Under the pieces are notes generated by a model. That model was given only the letters and a program-made list of their open reading frames with translations. It had not been told where the DNA came from and made no database searches. Made by a program: the position numbers and the translations under genes. From Bacillota bacterium (GTDB lineage Bacteria; Bacillota; DTU025), in assembly GCA_050951805.1 (NCBI GenBank), contig JBMNJT010000002.1, positions 1,440,001 to 1,504,000 of the forward strand: 64,000 nt of DNA, in the 5' to 3' direction. Of the stretch, positions 32,063 through 42,194 are shown piece by piece. Every line of letters starts with the position of its first letter. Position 1 is the first letter of the stretch.

Positions 32063-33571
32063 CTAGATGATCCTGGCCAGAGCCCGCGCAACGAGCCTGG
32101 CCGATCTGCAAGCCTCCTCTACAGTGTTATCCGTCCCTCCAATTTCCAAGATGATGGCGCCCGGATGGACGTGCTGGTTGAATCGGGCGTTCTTCACGAT
32201 AGCAACTCCCCTGGAAACCCCAGGATACATCTTATCCATCTCGGCAGAAAGCTCCAACGCGAAGTGGTAGTTCTTCCTCCAATTAGGATGTGCAAGTCCT
32301 GAGCTGTCGTCAGTCACGACAAACAGAACACGCGCCACCTTTTCACCGCCAACCATCGCCGTTTTCAGTTTTTCCCGGTTAGCGGGCAATGAATCACGAT
32401 GGATATCTACGACCGCTCTGAGGCTAGAATACGACTTCACCAAAGACGTCATAGTCTTCAGTGACTTCGAGTAACTCAAAGTCCAGTCCGGCCAGTCGTG
32501 TACTGTTGACGCGTGAATTGACGGAACCCCCAGAACCTCCGACAGCTCTTCGGCCATTGCCGCGCCTACTTTCACTACCCCATCCGGTTTTCCCCAACAG
32601 TAATCCCTTCCTGACGTCGCCCGATAGGCTTCTGATGTGTGCGTATGAAGTATGGCTATCTTAGGAGATGCCCCGCGCAGCACCATATTGTCGGCAATCT
32701 CCCTCGCAGCCAACTGCGGAAACTTGGACGGCTGACTCGGCACCGGTTCCCTCGTCGGAACACTATTCGCACCCTGTGAATCCGCGTCTCGCCCAGGAGA
32801 CGATGTATTGCTGGAACTTTCCACAACAGGTTTGGAAACTGCGGGCACAGCTGCATTTGCAGACTCTGATGAAACTATGACTTGAACGGACGTGCCATCT
32901 GGGACTTCTGTGCCTGCCTCCGGGTCGGATGAGGACGGCTGATCTCCGAAGACCAAGAGCCCAGAGCTGGTCAACGACTCCAACTCTGCGTCAGACAACT
33001 GGCCCGACACCAGGGTCGAATTGGACACGAGAGAGCCTTCGGCGCGCATCGGCGCAGAAATGTCCGGATCCTCACCGGAACCCCTTCCATATGTTGCGGA
33101 GCGCGACGGGTTGTCCGAGGTCCGCTGTGCGGCAAGGATGGAAGGAAGTTCGGCTCGGATTAGAGTACGTGGGTCCGCAAAGTCCAGCCCTCCCATCGCT
33201 CTAAGTGCTGCATTCACCAACCTCGGGCCGATCGAGCCGAACCTTTCCTCAGCGGATCGATTGGGAAGACTCCGGTCGCTACTTGGCCGAAACAGGCTCA
33301 AGAAGCTCGACACCATCTTCGAAACCTTGCTCCACAAAGAGGGTTCAGAGGTGAGCGTTTCGCCATCCCCGACAACATCCTGCCCCGGCACGCCCGAGAC
33401 AGCTGGCACAGAAACGCCATCTTTGACTGCACGCGTGCCTATTATGAGGCCAACAGCCGCAAAGCAGAGGATCACGTAGAATACGAATAGGCCGCCCAAC
33501 GGCCCAATCTTGAGACCGCCGGCCCTCCTTGATTTCCGTCTCGTTCCGCGCCCTCGCTGCAATGGGATCAC
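32063..33571 (-). CDS. spoIIP: Stage II sporulation amidase SpoIIP
   Basis: HTHTSEAY, DIHRD, FNQH, LEIGG..NT; follows gpr. Confidence 0.9.
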   Translation of the reverse strand: MIPLQRGRGTRRKSRRAGGLKIGPLGGLFVFYVILCFAAVGLIIGTRAVKDGVSVPAVSGVPGQDVVGDGETLTSEPSLWSKVSKMVSSFLSLFRPSSDRSLPNRSAEERFGSIGPRLVNAALRAMGGLDFADPRTLIRAELPSILAAQRTSDNPSRSATYGRGSGEDPDISAPMRAEGSLVSNSTLVSGQLSDAELESLTSSGLLVFGDQPSSSDPEAGTEVPDGTSVQVIVSSESANAAVPAVSKPVVESSSNTSSPGRDADSQGANSVPTREPVPSQPSKFPQLAAREIADNMVLRGASPKIAILHTHTSEAYRATSGRDYCWGKPDGVVKVGAAMAEELSEVLGVPSIHASTVHDWPDWTLSYSKSLKTMTSLVKSYSSLRAVVDIHRDSLPANREKLKTAMVGGEKVARVLFVVTDDSSGLAHPNWRKNYHFALELSAEMDKMYPGVSRGVAIVKNARFNQHVHPGAIILEIGGTDNTVEEACRSARLVARALARII

Positions 33572-33619
33572 CTCTTTATGCAGCTGTATGCGCCTGGCCC
33601 ATCAGGTATTCATACCCCC

Positions 33620-34705
33620 TCATTGCAGGTATAGGTATATCTCGTCCTCATCTATCGCAGGATGGAGCGCGTAGTTAATCCCTCCAGCCACCACGTGAGA
33701 GAGTTCCTTGACGAGCACGTCCACCTCCTTGGGAGTAACTATGAGCGTCCCGAAATATGGTTGGAGCATCTGCGCCACCGCAGGAGGCAGACCCGGCTGC
33801 CCCACCCCCAATTCTGACAGAGGACCTGCCGCAGGCCTCCCGACGCCGGGCTGTTGCGAGCTACCGACGATTTCGAGGGCATCCGAGATTATCGTGAGCG
33901 CGTGCACCACAGTTGGAACCCCCACAGCAATTACAGGAATCCCCATGCTCTCACGGTTAATCCCAAACCTCCTATTTCCTACACCAGACCCCGGCTGGAT
34001 TCCGGCGTCGGAAATCTGAATCGTAGTTCCAAGTCTAGACACGCTGCGCGCGGCCAGGGCATCCACGACAATGATCAGGTGTGGTCTAACCCGTGCCACA
34101 ACGCCCGCGATTATCTCGGCCGTCTCGACTCCGGTCAAGCCCAGAACTCCCGGGGATAACGCAGCCACTGACTTGAGCCCCCCTCGTTTTTCCGGCGGAG
34201 TAAGGGAATATACGTGGCGAGTGACTAAAACCTCGCCTGCCACCATCGGGCCAACAGCATCAGGGGTCGCGTTCCAATTGCCTAACCCGCATACGAGAGT
34301 CGTGAAATCGGGGACCGTCCAAAAATCCACATTGTTAAAATTGGCCCTGATCAAGGAGACCAACTCCCGGGCGAGCGCCTCCGACACGTCCTCCTGCAAT
34401 CCCTTGTCACGCAGGGGGAGCTCAGGGGCGTCAATAGTCACGTAATTCCCCACTGCCTTTCCGAGAGACCGCGCAGCTTGCTCCGTTTGGACTCTCACTC
34501 GCGTTATTGACCCAAAGTCCATCTCCTCAACTTGGGAACTGACTCCGGGCACCTGGGCCCGGCTCGCCCTTTGTACTAGTTCGTTGGCCTCAACAGCCAG
34601 GTCCGTCAAGTAGCCGCCACCGCTCAGCCCCGTGTCGCATTCTGAAAGATGTTGGAGCTTTTTGGACGGACGCCATTTTGCGCCGAAATTTCGGTCAAAC
34701 CCCAA
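33620..34705 (-). CDS. gpr: Germination protease GPR
   Basis: TDLAVEA, GLGNW.ATPDA.GP, PGVLG.TG.ET, VDALAAR, VTPKEVD; start uncertain. Confidence 0.95.
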   Translation of the reverse strand: MGFDRNFGAKWRPSKKLQHLSECDTGLSGGGYLTDLAVEANELVQRASRAQVPGVSSQVEEMDFGSITRVRVQTEQAARSLGKAVGNYVTIDAPELPLRDKGLQEDVSEALARELVSLIRANFNNVDFWTVPDFTTLVCGLGNWNATPDAVGPMVAGEVLVTRHVYSLTPPEKRGGLKSVAALSPGVLGLTGVETAEIIAGVVARVRPHLIIVVDALAARSVSRLGTTIQISDAGIQPGSGVGNRRFGINRESMGIPVIAVGVPTVVHALTIISDALEIVGSSQQPGVGRPAAGPLSELGVGQPGLPPAVAQMLQPYFGTLIVTPKEVDVLVKELSHVVAGGINYALHPAIDEDEIYLYLQ

Positions 34706-35227
34706 TCCTAATGCACCTCCTCGGGATGCGCAGTCTGTATCTGCACATGCCTAGTCTTTCCCACTCGGAGGCCCGTTCATCAATGTCTGCTGGCATCTTC
34801 CCCAAGATCCTTCAACGACCGAAACCTCTCCCGACCGGGCTGGAGTGCCATTGCCGGACTCAGCCTATAATCAAGGCCTCCGGAAACGACGTCCGGCTCA
34901 ATTCGTCGATTTCAGTATTGAGGTGCTAACATGGCCACAGGGTACCCTCGCTGTCGAATTGTCAGACGTCGCAAATATCAATTCTTCCCGCCAAGACAAC
35001 ACATTTCGGATGAAAGCTCCATTTGGAACGACGGCTCCTTATCAACGAAGGACTCATCTTAAATCAGCCACCATATACTAACCTCCAGAAACGCTCTGGA
35101 ATTGGTCTTCCACGGGCAGACTCGCTTGAAGCCAGATAACAGCATATTTCACGTCTCCGCAAGAATGCCATTCTCAACAGCCGATTCCGTCACAACTTGC
35201 CCTTATTCCCCTCTCATCTGGATTTAC

Positions 35228-35256
35228 TTGCAATGACAGAACGCCCGTGGTAGAAT
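35228..35256 (+). promoter_or_regulatory. SigA promoter of rpsT
   Basis: TTGCAA-N17-TAGAAT with TG extension. Confidence 0.75.
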
Positions 35257-35298
35257 CATAGGCGTGCGATCAGATGGCGGAGGGGGAGGTGACTGAGA

Positions 35299-35583
35299 GT
35301 GCCAAACACCAGATCTGCAAAGAAGCGGGTTAGACAGGCTAGGACGAGAACGCTGAGGAATACGTCGGTCAAGTCCTCCGTCAAGACAGCTGTTCGCAAG
35401 TGCCACGAAGCCATGGACGAATTGGGACCTGAGGCCTGTGCCAAGGAGCTTAATCACGCGTACAGCACGATTGACCGCGCCGCCAAGAAGGGCGTAATCC
35501 ACCCTAACAAGGCAGCGCGTCTGAAATCAAGCCTTGCCACAAAGGCAGTCAACATGGGAAAAGCGCCTGAAGCCGGCAGGTAG
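35299..35583 (+). CDS. rpsT: 30S ribosomal protein S20
   Basis: MPNTRSAKKR, IDRAAKKGVIHPNKAARLKS. Confidence 0.97.
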   Translation: MPNTRSAKKRVRQARTRTLRNTSVKSSVKTAVRKCHEAMDELGPEACAKELNHAYSTIDRAAKKGVIHPNKAARLKSSLATKAVNMGKAPEAGR

Positions 35584-35647
35584 TTTCGCATACAAAACGA
35601 TAGCGCAGAACCTGCGCCACCCGCGTCGTCCGGCTATTCAGTTTGCA

Positions 35648-35677
35648 GCTCCAGTAACAATCGTTGCTGGAGTTTTT
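35648..35677 (+). terminator. Terminator between convergent rpsT and holA
   Basis: CTCCAGTAAC-AATC-GTTGCTGGAG followed by TTTTT. Confidence 0.7.
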
Positions 35678-35678
35678 G

Positions 35679-36728
35679 CTATGCGCAGATTTCTGCGATC
35701 AACACTTCCATGAGCAGCCTGTCAGGCATAGTCCCGGTCTTGAAATCGAGATCTGCTCGGGCGATGCGCGATATCATCCTGGCGATGTCTGCCTGTGAGA
35801 GCTTTGCTGCTTGTCCAACGGCCTTGCGCGCTGCCCAATCAGCTTTTCCGGGGCTTCTCGAAATCGCCCGCGCCGCCTCGTCACCGGTCAAACCACGGTC
35901 GAGCTCGCATCTGGCGGACATCACACGCCGAACCTGAGTGGCCAGAGTATTCAATATGCTCAGAGGATGCCTCTCCGTGCTCATCAGATCATCCAGAGCG
36001 CGCATCGCCCCCGAACAGTCTCCGCCGATCACCGCATCACAGAACTCGAAAACCGTCTGCGTAGGACTTCTTCCCACGGCAGTCCTTATGTCATCCACGG
36101 TAATGCGCATTCTTCCCACGCTTTTATCCGGCCCTAGGTATGTGATGAGCTTATCCATCTCCTGCGTGATGGCGCCGTAGTCGGCGCCCACAAACTCAAG
36201 AAGGAGCTCCACAGCTTCAGGCTCGATTTCCACGCCAAGCTCCTTCGCACGAGAATACACATACGATCTGGCATCCTTCAGATAAGCTGGCCTAAACTCC
36301 ACTGCAACAAGATTGCCTCCAGCTGCAGCTACCGCCTTCCGCGGCAAGCTGGTGGAATTCGACGTGAAGATCACACATGTGCCTTCAGGCATTTGAAGGC
36401 TCGCGCGATCCTTGCCAGGAGCGATAAGGGATATTATCCTGCCCTGCTGGGCCGCGGAAATCTCTTCGAATCTGCGGACCACCACTACTCTGGATGACGC
36501 AAACATTGGAACAGTGAGTATGGCTGTGACGATGTCATCCACAGATGACTCCGACATATCGTAGACGTTGAGATCTGCGCCTCCCCGGGCAGCCGCAATA
36601 GCTTGCGCGAGCTCATCTGCATTGACCTGCCGGGAGTATGAGTCTTCACCGTATAATATGTATATGGGCGCAATTCGCCCAGCCCTGATCGCCTGCTCAA
36701 GATCTGCTCTCAATGATATCCCCCTCAT
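35679..36728 (-). CDS. holA: DNA polymerase III delta subunit
   Basis: YILYGED, PMF...RVV, EMDKL, VFEF.DA, D..FKTG. Confidence 0.9.
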   Translation of the reverse strand: MRGISLRADLEQAIRAGRIAPIYILYGEDSYSRQVNADELAQAIAAARGGADLNVYDMSESSVDDIVTAILTVPMFASSRVVVVRRFEEISAAQQGRIISLIAPGKDRASLQMPEGTCVIFTSNSTSLPRKAVAAAGGNLVAVEFRPAYLKDARSYVYSRAKELGVEIEPEAVELLLEFVGADYGAITQEMDKLITYLGPDKSVGRMRITVDDIRTAVGRSPTQTVFEFCDAVIGGDCSGAMRALDDLMSTERHPLSILNTLATQVRRVMSARCELDRGLTGDEAARAISRSPGKADWAARKAVGQAAKLSQADIARMISRIARADLDFKTGTMPDRLLMEVLIAEICA

Positions 36729-36783
36729 ACTCCTTGCAAATCGCCCAGTCGAAACCGGAATCTGATCCGTCCCCGCCGCCTTG

Positions 36784-37617
36784 CTAACCCTTTAAGCCTG
36801 TGCGCGCTATCCCCTCGATCAGCTGGTTCTGGGCTATGAAAAAGATTATCACCAATGGCACTATGGCAATCGTAGAGGCGGCCATGAGCAAGTTGGGAAC
36901 AGTTCCAAACTCCTGGTTGAACTGAGAAAGCCCAACCTGTATCGTTCGATATGTCGAAGAATTGGTGACAATCAGAGGCCACAGAAACGAATTCCACCCG
37001 CCGATAAACGTAAACAGCCCGTTTGTTACAAATACTGGCTTCGACAGGGGAACTATCACCCGCCACAGATACTCGAATCGGCTGCAACCGTCGATTTGGG
37101 CAGCATCCCACAACTCCATAGGGATGGTCTGAAAGAATTGCCTCATCATGAATATCCCAAAAGCGCTCGCAGCGAACGGGACAATAAGGGCTTTGTATGT
37201 GTCGATCCAGCCCGCCTTGGCTATTATCGCGTAGTTCGGAACCAACGTTACCTGGCTCGGGATCATCATTGTGCCGAGTAGAATCATGAACACAGTTTCC
37301 TTGCCTGCAAAATCGATCATTGCAAATGCATAAGCCGCAAGAGCCGACGTGACTAGCTGCAAAGCTGTTGTAATAGTGGCAATGAACGCGGAGTTGAAGA
37401 AATACCGCGGAAAATTGGGATCAGCATTCCATGCTTCAGAGTAATTGCTCCATACAAACCTCTTGGGAAACCAGACAAGCTCAGGCGTATACAACTCCTC
37501 CGGACCCTTCACCGAAGTTATCAGCATGTAGTAGAAGGGGAGAAGCATTATCACCGCTCCCACAGTCAGGAGGATATATACGATCGACATTCCAACAGTT
37601 TTTCTACGTTTCGACAA
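36784..37617 (-). CDS. Carbohydrate (CUT1) ABC transporter permease, MalG-like
   Basis: FMMRQFF..IP.EL.DAAQIDG EAA loop, WNSFLWPL. Confidence 0.92.
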   Translation of the reverse strand: MSKRRKTVGMSIVYILLTVGAVIMLLPFYYMLITSVKGPEELYTPELVWFPKRFVWSNYSEAWNADPNFPRYFFNSAFIATITTALQLVTSALAAYAFAMIDFAGKETVFMILLGTMMIPSQVTLVPNYAIIAKAGWIDTYKALIVPFAASAFGIFMMRQFFQTIPMELWDAAQIDGCSRFEYLWRVIVPLSKPVFVTNGLFTFIGGWNSFLWPLIVTNSSTYRTIQVGLSQFNQEFGTVPNLLMAASTIAIVPLVIIFFIAQNQLIEGIARTGLKG

Positions 37618-37633
37618 ACTAATCTCCCCCCGA

Positions 37634-38536
37634 CTATTGGTAGTGCACGCGCTTGCCCACAAGATCTTTTTGGACAAGCGTCAACACAAAGATGATAGCG
37701 AAAAGAATGTACCCGATCGCCGATGCATACCCAAACCTAAAAGCCCCCCAACCCTGGTCGTAAAGGTATTTGACGACGACCCGAGTTGTTCCGAGCGGTC
37801 CGCCCGATACAGATGGCCATAACACATAGACTTGGGTAAAGACTTGGAACGATCCGATTATCGACACCATCAATATGAAGTAGGTAGTAGGCGACAGCAA
37901 CGGCCACGTTATGTGGGCAAACATCGACCAGCCACTTGCTCCATCTATTTCCGCCGCTTCGTAGTACTCCGCAGGTATGTTCTGCAAACCGGCCAGGAAA
38001 AGCACGACGTTATAACCCAAGTGCCTCCAGACGCTCATGAGGCATAGAGCGAACATCGACCATTTGGGATCGAGCAACCAGGCCTGGGGTTCTGCCCCAA
38101 AAAGGCACAGCAAGGAGTTGAGCATCCCCGCAGAGTCTTCCTTATATATCCACGTCCACACAATCGAGATCGCCACAATAGGAGTGACATAGGGCAGGAA
38201 GTAAGCGGTCCTGTACGCGGACAATCCGCGTATGGGCTTGTTGAGCAACCATGCAATGAGCAGCGCCAACGCCATACCCACAGGGACGGTTCCAAGCACG
38301 TATTTCCCGGTGTTCACCAGGGATTGCAGAAAATCAGCATCACGGAAAAGCTCCGAATAGTTACCAAGCCCCACCCAATCCCATCTGCCTATGAGATTGG
38401 TGTCGAACAAGCTTATGTAGAGAGCGTAGAACGCAGGGAACAAGTTAAATACGATGATCACTATCAACGCCGGGGCAAGATACATGTATGCTGCGACAGT
38501 ATCTTTGACATATCTCTTCCTCTCCAATGAATTCAT
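37634..38536 (-). CDS. Carbohydrate (CUT1) ABC transporter permease, MalF/UgpA-like
   Basis: GLGNY, LAGLQNIP..YYEAAEIDGA, ITWPLL, GYASA. Confidence 0.92.
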   Translation of the reverse strand: MNSLERKRYVKDTVAAYMYLAPALIVIIVFNLFPAFYALYISLFDTNLIGRWDWVGLGNYSELFRDADFLQSLVNTGKYVLGTVPVGMALALLIAWLLNKPIRGLSAYRTAYFLPYVTPIVAISIVWTWIYKEDSAGMLNSLLCLFGAEPQAWLLDPKWSMFALCLMSVWRHLGYNVVLFLAGLQNIPAEYYEAAEIDGASGWSMFAHITWPLLSPTTYFILMVSIIGSFQVFTQVYVLWPSVSGGPLGTTRVVVKYLYDQGWGAFRFGYASAIGYILFAIIFVLTLVQKDLVGKRVHYQ

Positions 38537-40677
38537 TACCTGTTCCACTCTCCTCCGGCAAGCCAAGATATTATCGACAACACAAACGCACCATTTCCGC
38601 AACGTTCCCGGGCGAGATCGCGCGACGAATAGACGGGCGCCCCCAGGCAGACCAGACGGCCTGACCCCACAGTTTCGGCAGCCGCGAAAACAGGCGACCC
38701 GGCGTATTGAAACAGCCTTCCCTCGCCGGAGACATCTGCCGACCAAGCGCCCGGCGCATGCGCCAACACCACTACTTGGGGCACCTCACTAAGATCGATC
38801 CAGCCAGGGCCCGCCAGCGAGCACGCTTCATCGGCATATACAGCACGCTCCAGCCCCCATTCCACATCCAAGACAGACAGATCATCCCGCCTCATCTCGT
38901 CCCTGTTGAATCTGATGGCCGATCCCATTTTCTCCAGCAACAGATCAAACTGATCACAACTGCGCAAGCCGGGGAAATCGGACCCGCCTGCCAGAAGCAG
39001 AGACCCGCCCGCCGCAACAAAACTGGAAATTACATCGAGCTCTTCATCATCAAAAGACGTGGGTGTCAGGGAAAACCCGGTTTCCGGCACGTTTATTACG
39101 AGTATGTCTGCACCATCTAGAGTCTGGGCGTCGATGCGTCCTTCATTTATCCGCGGATTATAATCGGCTTCGCCCAGGAGTCTGGCAAATGCATCCATAT
39201 ATCCCGAGCAGCGATTGTTATGCCCTTCATCTATTAACACGCTCTTGATGTCTGAACTCCTCACTCTGGCAGATTTGCCACAGTGAATATCGCGTGCCCC
39301 TTCGCCGCAGGCAACAAGCTCCAGAACGAAACTGACATCCCCCGCCTTGCTCGGCGTCCATTCAAAAGATACAGGCATGCCGCGTCCTGCGGGAAGGTCC
39401 ACTTGGGCAGAGGAGATGAACGTGGGCGCTCCCTCCCGCATCTCATACAAAAGCACAGTGGCGCCGTGTATTGGGACATCGTTTCTGTTCACGATCTCCG
39501 CACACACTCGCGCGGGATTCCCCTCTCTCGGTGCAAGATCAACGCAGCCCAGATCAGACACGGCAATCTGTGAACCGGTTGAAACCCAGATAGGGCTGGT
39601 GACAATCACATCCATGTCCGCCTGGACCGCCCTCACATAATACCAGTTATAGCTTTGAGCCGGCATTATCTCCACATCTGCTCTGAAAACCCCGGTCCCA
39701 CACACTTCGCGCTCCCACACCACGACGCCACCGTTTGTGATTATCTCCACCGATGACAACATGTCATCTTCATCGGGATCATCTATGACGATTTCGAAAT
39801 ACACAGGGCGCCCCGAATCTATGTCGTCCCGCGAGATGATTATATCGCTTCCCATCTGGCAGTCGCCTGAGGTGAAGGATACGCGAACATTCGAGTCCTC
39901 CGTGGCATAAGTTCTCATGCTTCGAAGCGACTCGTATATGGCCTCCCGGGTCAACTCGGAGGCCAAGACCGCTGTACGAGTGGGAGCCGCTGTCCCCCAG
40001 TCCGCCTTGTGATTATCTTGGCACGATATGGCTCCAACATGCCATCCTCGATCAAGAGCTCGACAGTATGCCCGTTCGTTCCGGATGTTGTGTCGGTACG
40101 GGCCTGAACCAACTTCCAGGAGACAGACGAAACGATCGCCTTCACCGAGGTATTCGAAATCGTTCCAGTTCGGTTGGATATCGTAGTTTGGATGATTGAA
40201 AACTCCGATTCCATTGTAATGGGCAAGAAAGTCGATGAAAGCGGCCAGATTCCGCTGCGTATCGCGGGACGCAGCGAGAGGAGTATCCAGCCCGTTCATA
40301 TGCCCATCCGTGAATGTCCATTCGAATCCGATCATGGAAACGAATACGCCGGGCTGATAAACCTCATCCGCTTCCTCCAAGCTTTTGAACCAATGATGGA
40401 TATTCGTGGCTTCCTGCAGATAGTAGCCGTGATCAGTAACTGCTAAGAAATCCATCATCGCAACATCCCTCGCATGCCGAAATGCGTCCGACGGCGTGAG
40501 AACCCCGTCGGAATAGGATGTATGAGAGTGTAGGTTGCCAAAATAGCAGTTAAGCTCGACAACAGGCTCCGCCCCCAAGCAGACGCAACCTGCCATTACC
40601 GAAAAGAGCGTCGCCCAGACCAACACCAGTCTACGCCTACTAATAGGCTGCTTGTGCATGATAGACACCGCTTTCAC
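38536..40677 (-). CDS. Secreted PHP-fold metallohydrolase (CehA/McbA-like) with Ig-like and GATase-like C-terminal domains
   Basis: Signal peptide; GNLHSHT.YSDG, AVTDH, GFEWT, GHMN, FNHP, QDNH, TSPIW; later VLIDEGHNN and FV..GGSLLL. Confidence 0.75.
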   Translation of the reverse strand: MKAVSIMHKQPISRRRLVLVWATLFSVMAGCVCLGAEPVVELNCYFGNLHSHTSYSDGVLTPSDAFRHARDVAMMDFLAVTDHGYYLQEATNIHHWFKSLEEADEVYQPGVFVSMIGFEWTFTDGHMNGLDTPLAASRDTQRNLAAFIDFLAHYNGIGVFNHPNYDIQPNWNDFEYLGEGDRFVCLLEVGSGPYRHNIRNERAYCRALDRGWHVGAISCQDNHKADWGTAAPTRTAVLASELTREAIYESLRSMRTYATEDSNVRVSFTSGDCQMGSDIIISRDDIDSGRPVYFEIVIDDPDEDDMLSSVEIITNGGVVVWEREVCGTGVFRADVEIMPAQSYNWYYVRAVQADMDVIVTSPIWVSTGSQIAVSDLGCVDLAPREGNPARVCAEIVNRNDVPIHGATVLLYEMREGAPTFISSAQVDLPAGRGMPVSFEWTPSKAGDVSFVLELVACGEGARDIHCGKSARVRSSDIKSVLIDEGHNNRCSGYMDAFARLLGEADYNPRINEGRIDAQTLDGADILVINVPETGFSLTPTSFDDEELDVISSFVAAGGSLLLAGGSDFPGLRSCDQFDLLLEKMGSAIRFNRDEMRRDDLSVLDVEWGLERAVYADEACSLAGPGWIDLSEVPQVVVLAHAPGAWSADVSGEGRLFQYAGSPVFAAAETVGSGRLVCLGAPVYSSRDLARERCGNGAFVLSIISWLAGGEWNR

Positions 40678-40819
40678 AAGATTTGAAGCCCGGGGCGCAC
40701 AGGCATTGCGCCCGACGCCCCAGGCATCCGTAGACCCTATTGCGAAGGGACAACCTTGTCCGAGTCGCTGACGATCACAGAATACTCAAATCCATTGCGT
40801 CCCGGCTGCAGCGCCCGGG

Positions 40820-42085
40820 CTACCTGATTCTTGAGTTCGCCTTCGCTGCCGCGGCATCAAGAGCTTCCTTGGGTGTAGCCTTTCCCAGGAAAACCTTTTC
40901 AACCGCTTCTGACACATCGCCCCTTATGTTGTTCCATGCAGCCATGTTCGGGTCGTATTTGACGTAACGCAGCTGCTGCAAACTCTGCTCATCCCTTGGA
41001 TGCACCGCAAACCACTTTTTCATCATGTCAAGATGCATTGCAGACTTGCGGACAGGAATATAGCTGGTGCCTATTGCCCATTTTGCGGTCTGTCTGGGCT
41101 CGACAAGCCACTTGATGAATTTCCACGCAGCCTCCTGCTCCTCAGGAGTGGCTCTTGAGAAGATTGCAAGGTCGGTGCCTGCAACAGGCGTGGATCTGAA
41201 CTTAGGGTCCATGTACGGCAAAGGTGCCGCGCTCCATTCAAACTTGCCAGCAACAGAGTTCTCAGTATAGCTGAGCCCTGGTGACGTCGTGAAATACATG
41301 GCTACCTTGCCTGCTCCGAAGTCGGCATCGAGATAGCCAGGGACATAGTATGACACTTTGTACTTATTGAGCATGTCAGCCATGAACTGAAGGGCTGTGA
41401 CGCCGGCGGGCGAATTGAAAGCTACCTTCCCCTGCGGATTGAGCCATGACCCCCCTGCGTTAAAGAAGAAACAGGCGAATATGTCGATGTTTGGCCTGAG
41501 ACCAAAGCCGTACCTGACAATCTTGTCGCCATCCTTCACCGTGAGCGCCTTGGCGGTGTTAACGAGTTCTTGCCAATTTTTCGGCGGACCGGAAATCCCG
41601 GCCTCCTTCAGAGCGGTCTGATTGTAGACGAGCACATACACGCTCTTATTAAAGGGCATCGTATACCAAACCCCGTCAAACATGCAGCCCTCTCTGAGGC
41701 CATCCCATATATCATCCACTTCTAGCTGGGAAAGGCCATTGGGACCTTTGACAAACTTCTGAATCGGAACGAGTTCGTTGCCGCTTATGTACTCAGCTGC
41801 CCAGTTTCCGTATACTTGCGCCATAGTAGGAGGCTTCCGCGCCACCAGGGCACCGACGATCTTCTGGCTGAGCGCGCCGTAGTTTCCTTGATACTCAGCC
41901 TTCACGTAAACATCAGGACTCTGCCTGTTGAACTCCTCGACAAGTCCTTCCAGGGTCTTGCCTAGCTGCGCCCCCATAGCATGCCAGAAAGTAATCGTCG
42001 TCTTCCCGGCCGCCATTGAAGGACCGACAGCCGTAGTAGCAAGGATAATCGCAGCCATCAGCGCAATAGTCGCAAACCTCTTCAA
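40820..42085 (-). CDS. ABC transporter substrate-binding protein (SBP family 1, UgpB-like)
   Basis: Signal peptide, ITFWHAM, MPFNKS...YN, PPKNW.EL, AAWKFIKWL, YIPVRKS. Confidence 0.9.
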   Translation of the reverse strand: MKRFATIALMAAIILATTAVGPSMAAGKTTITFWHAMGAQLGKTLEGLVEEFNRQSPDVYVKAEYQGNYGALSQKIVGALVARKPPTMAQVYGNWAAEYISGNELVPIQKFVKGPNGLSQLEVDDIWDGLREGCMFDGVWYTMPFNKSVYVLVYNQTALKEAGISGPPKNWQELVNTAKALTVKDGDKIVRYGFGLRPNIDIFACFFFNAGGSWLNPQGKVAFNSPAGVTALQFMADMLNKYKVSYYVPGYLDADFGAGKVAMYFTTSPGLSYTENSVAGKFEWSAAPLPYMDPKFRSTPVAGTDLAIFSRATPEEQEAAWKFIKWLVEPRQTAKWAIGTSYIPVRKSAMHLDMMKKWFAVHPRDEQSLQQLRYVKYDPNMAAWNNIRGDVSEAVEKVFLGKATPKEALDAAAAKANSRIR

Positions 42086-42157
42086 TGCCTACTCCCCGTA
42101 CTGCTTCAGCAATCGGGGAACGACCCCCCTCTCTAGTTTTGACCTTGCACACCTAGT

Positions 42158-42185
42158 TTTCGACGAAGAGGTCTCTACTCCTGCT
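42158..42185 (-). promoter_or_regulatory. Possible SigH-type promoter of the ABC operon
   Basis: AGCAGGA...GTCGAAA (AGGA-N17-GAAA). Confidence 0.5.
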
Positions 42186-42194
42186 GATTTAAGT

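Noticed and set aside
34740-35220. Long gpr-rpsT intergenic region with a TGTCGAA (Spo0A-box-like) heptamer at 34952-34958
   Set aside because: A single heptamer can occur by chance; no credible ORF or RNA structure seen
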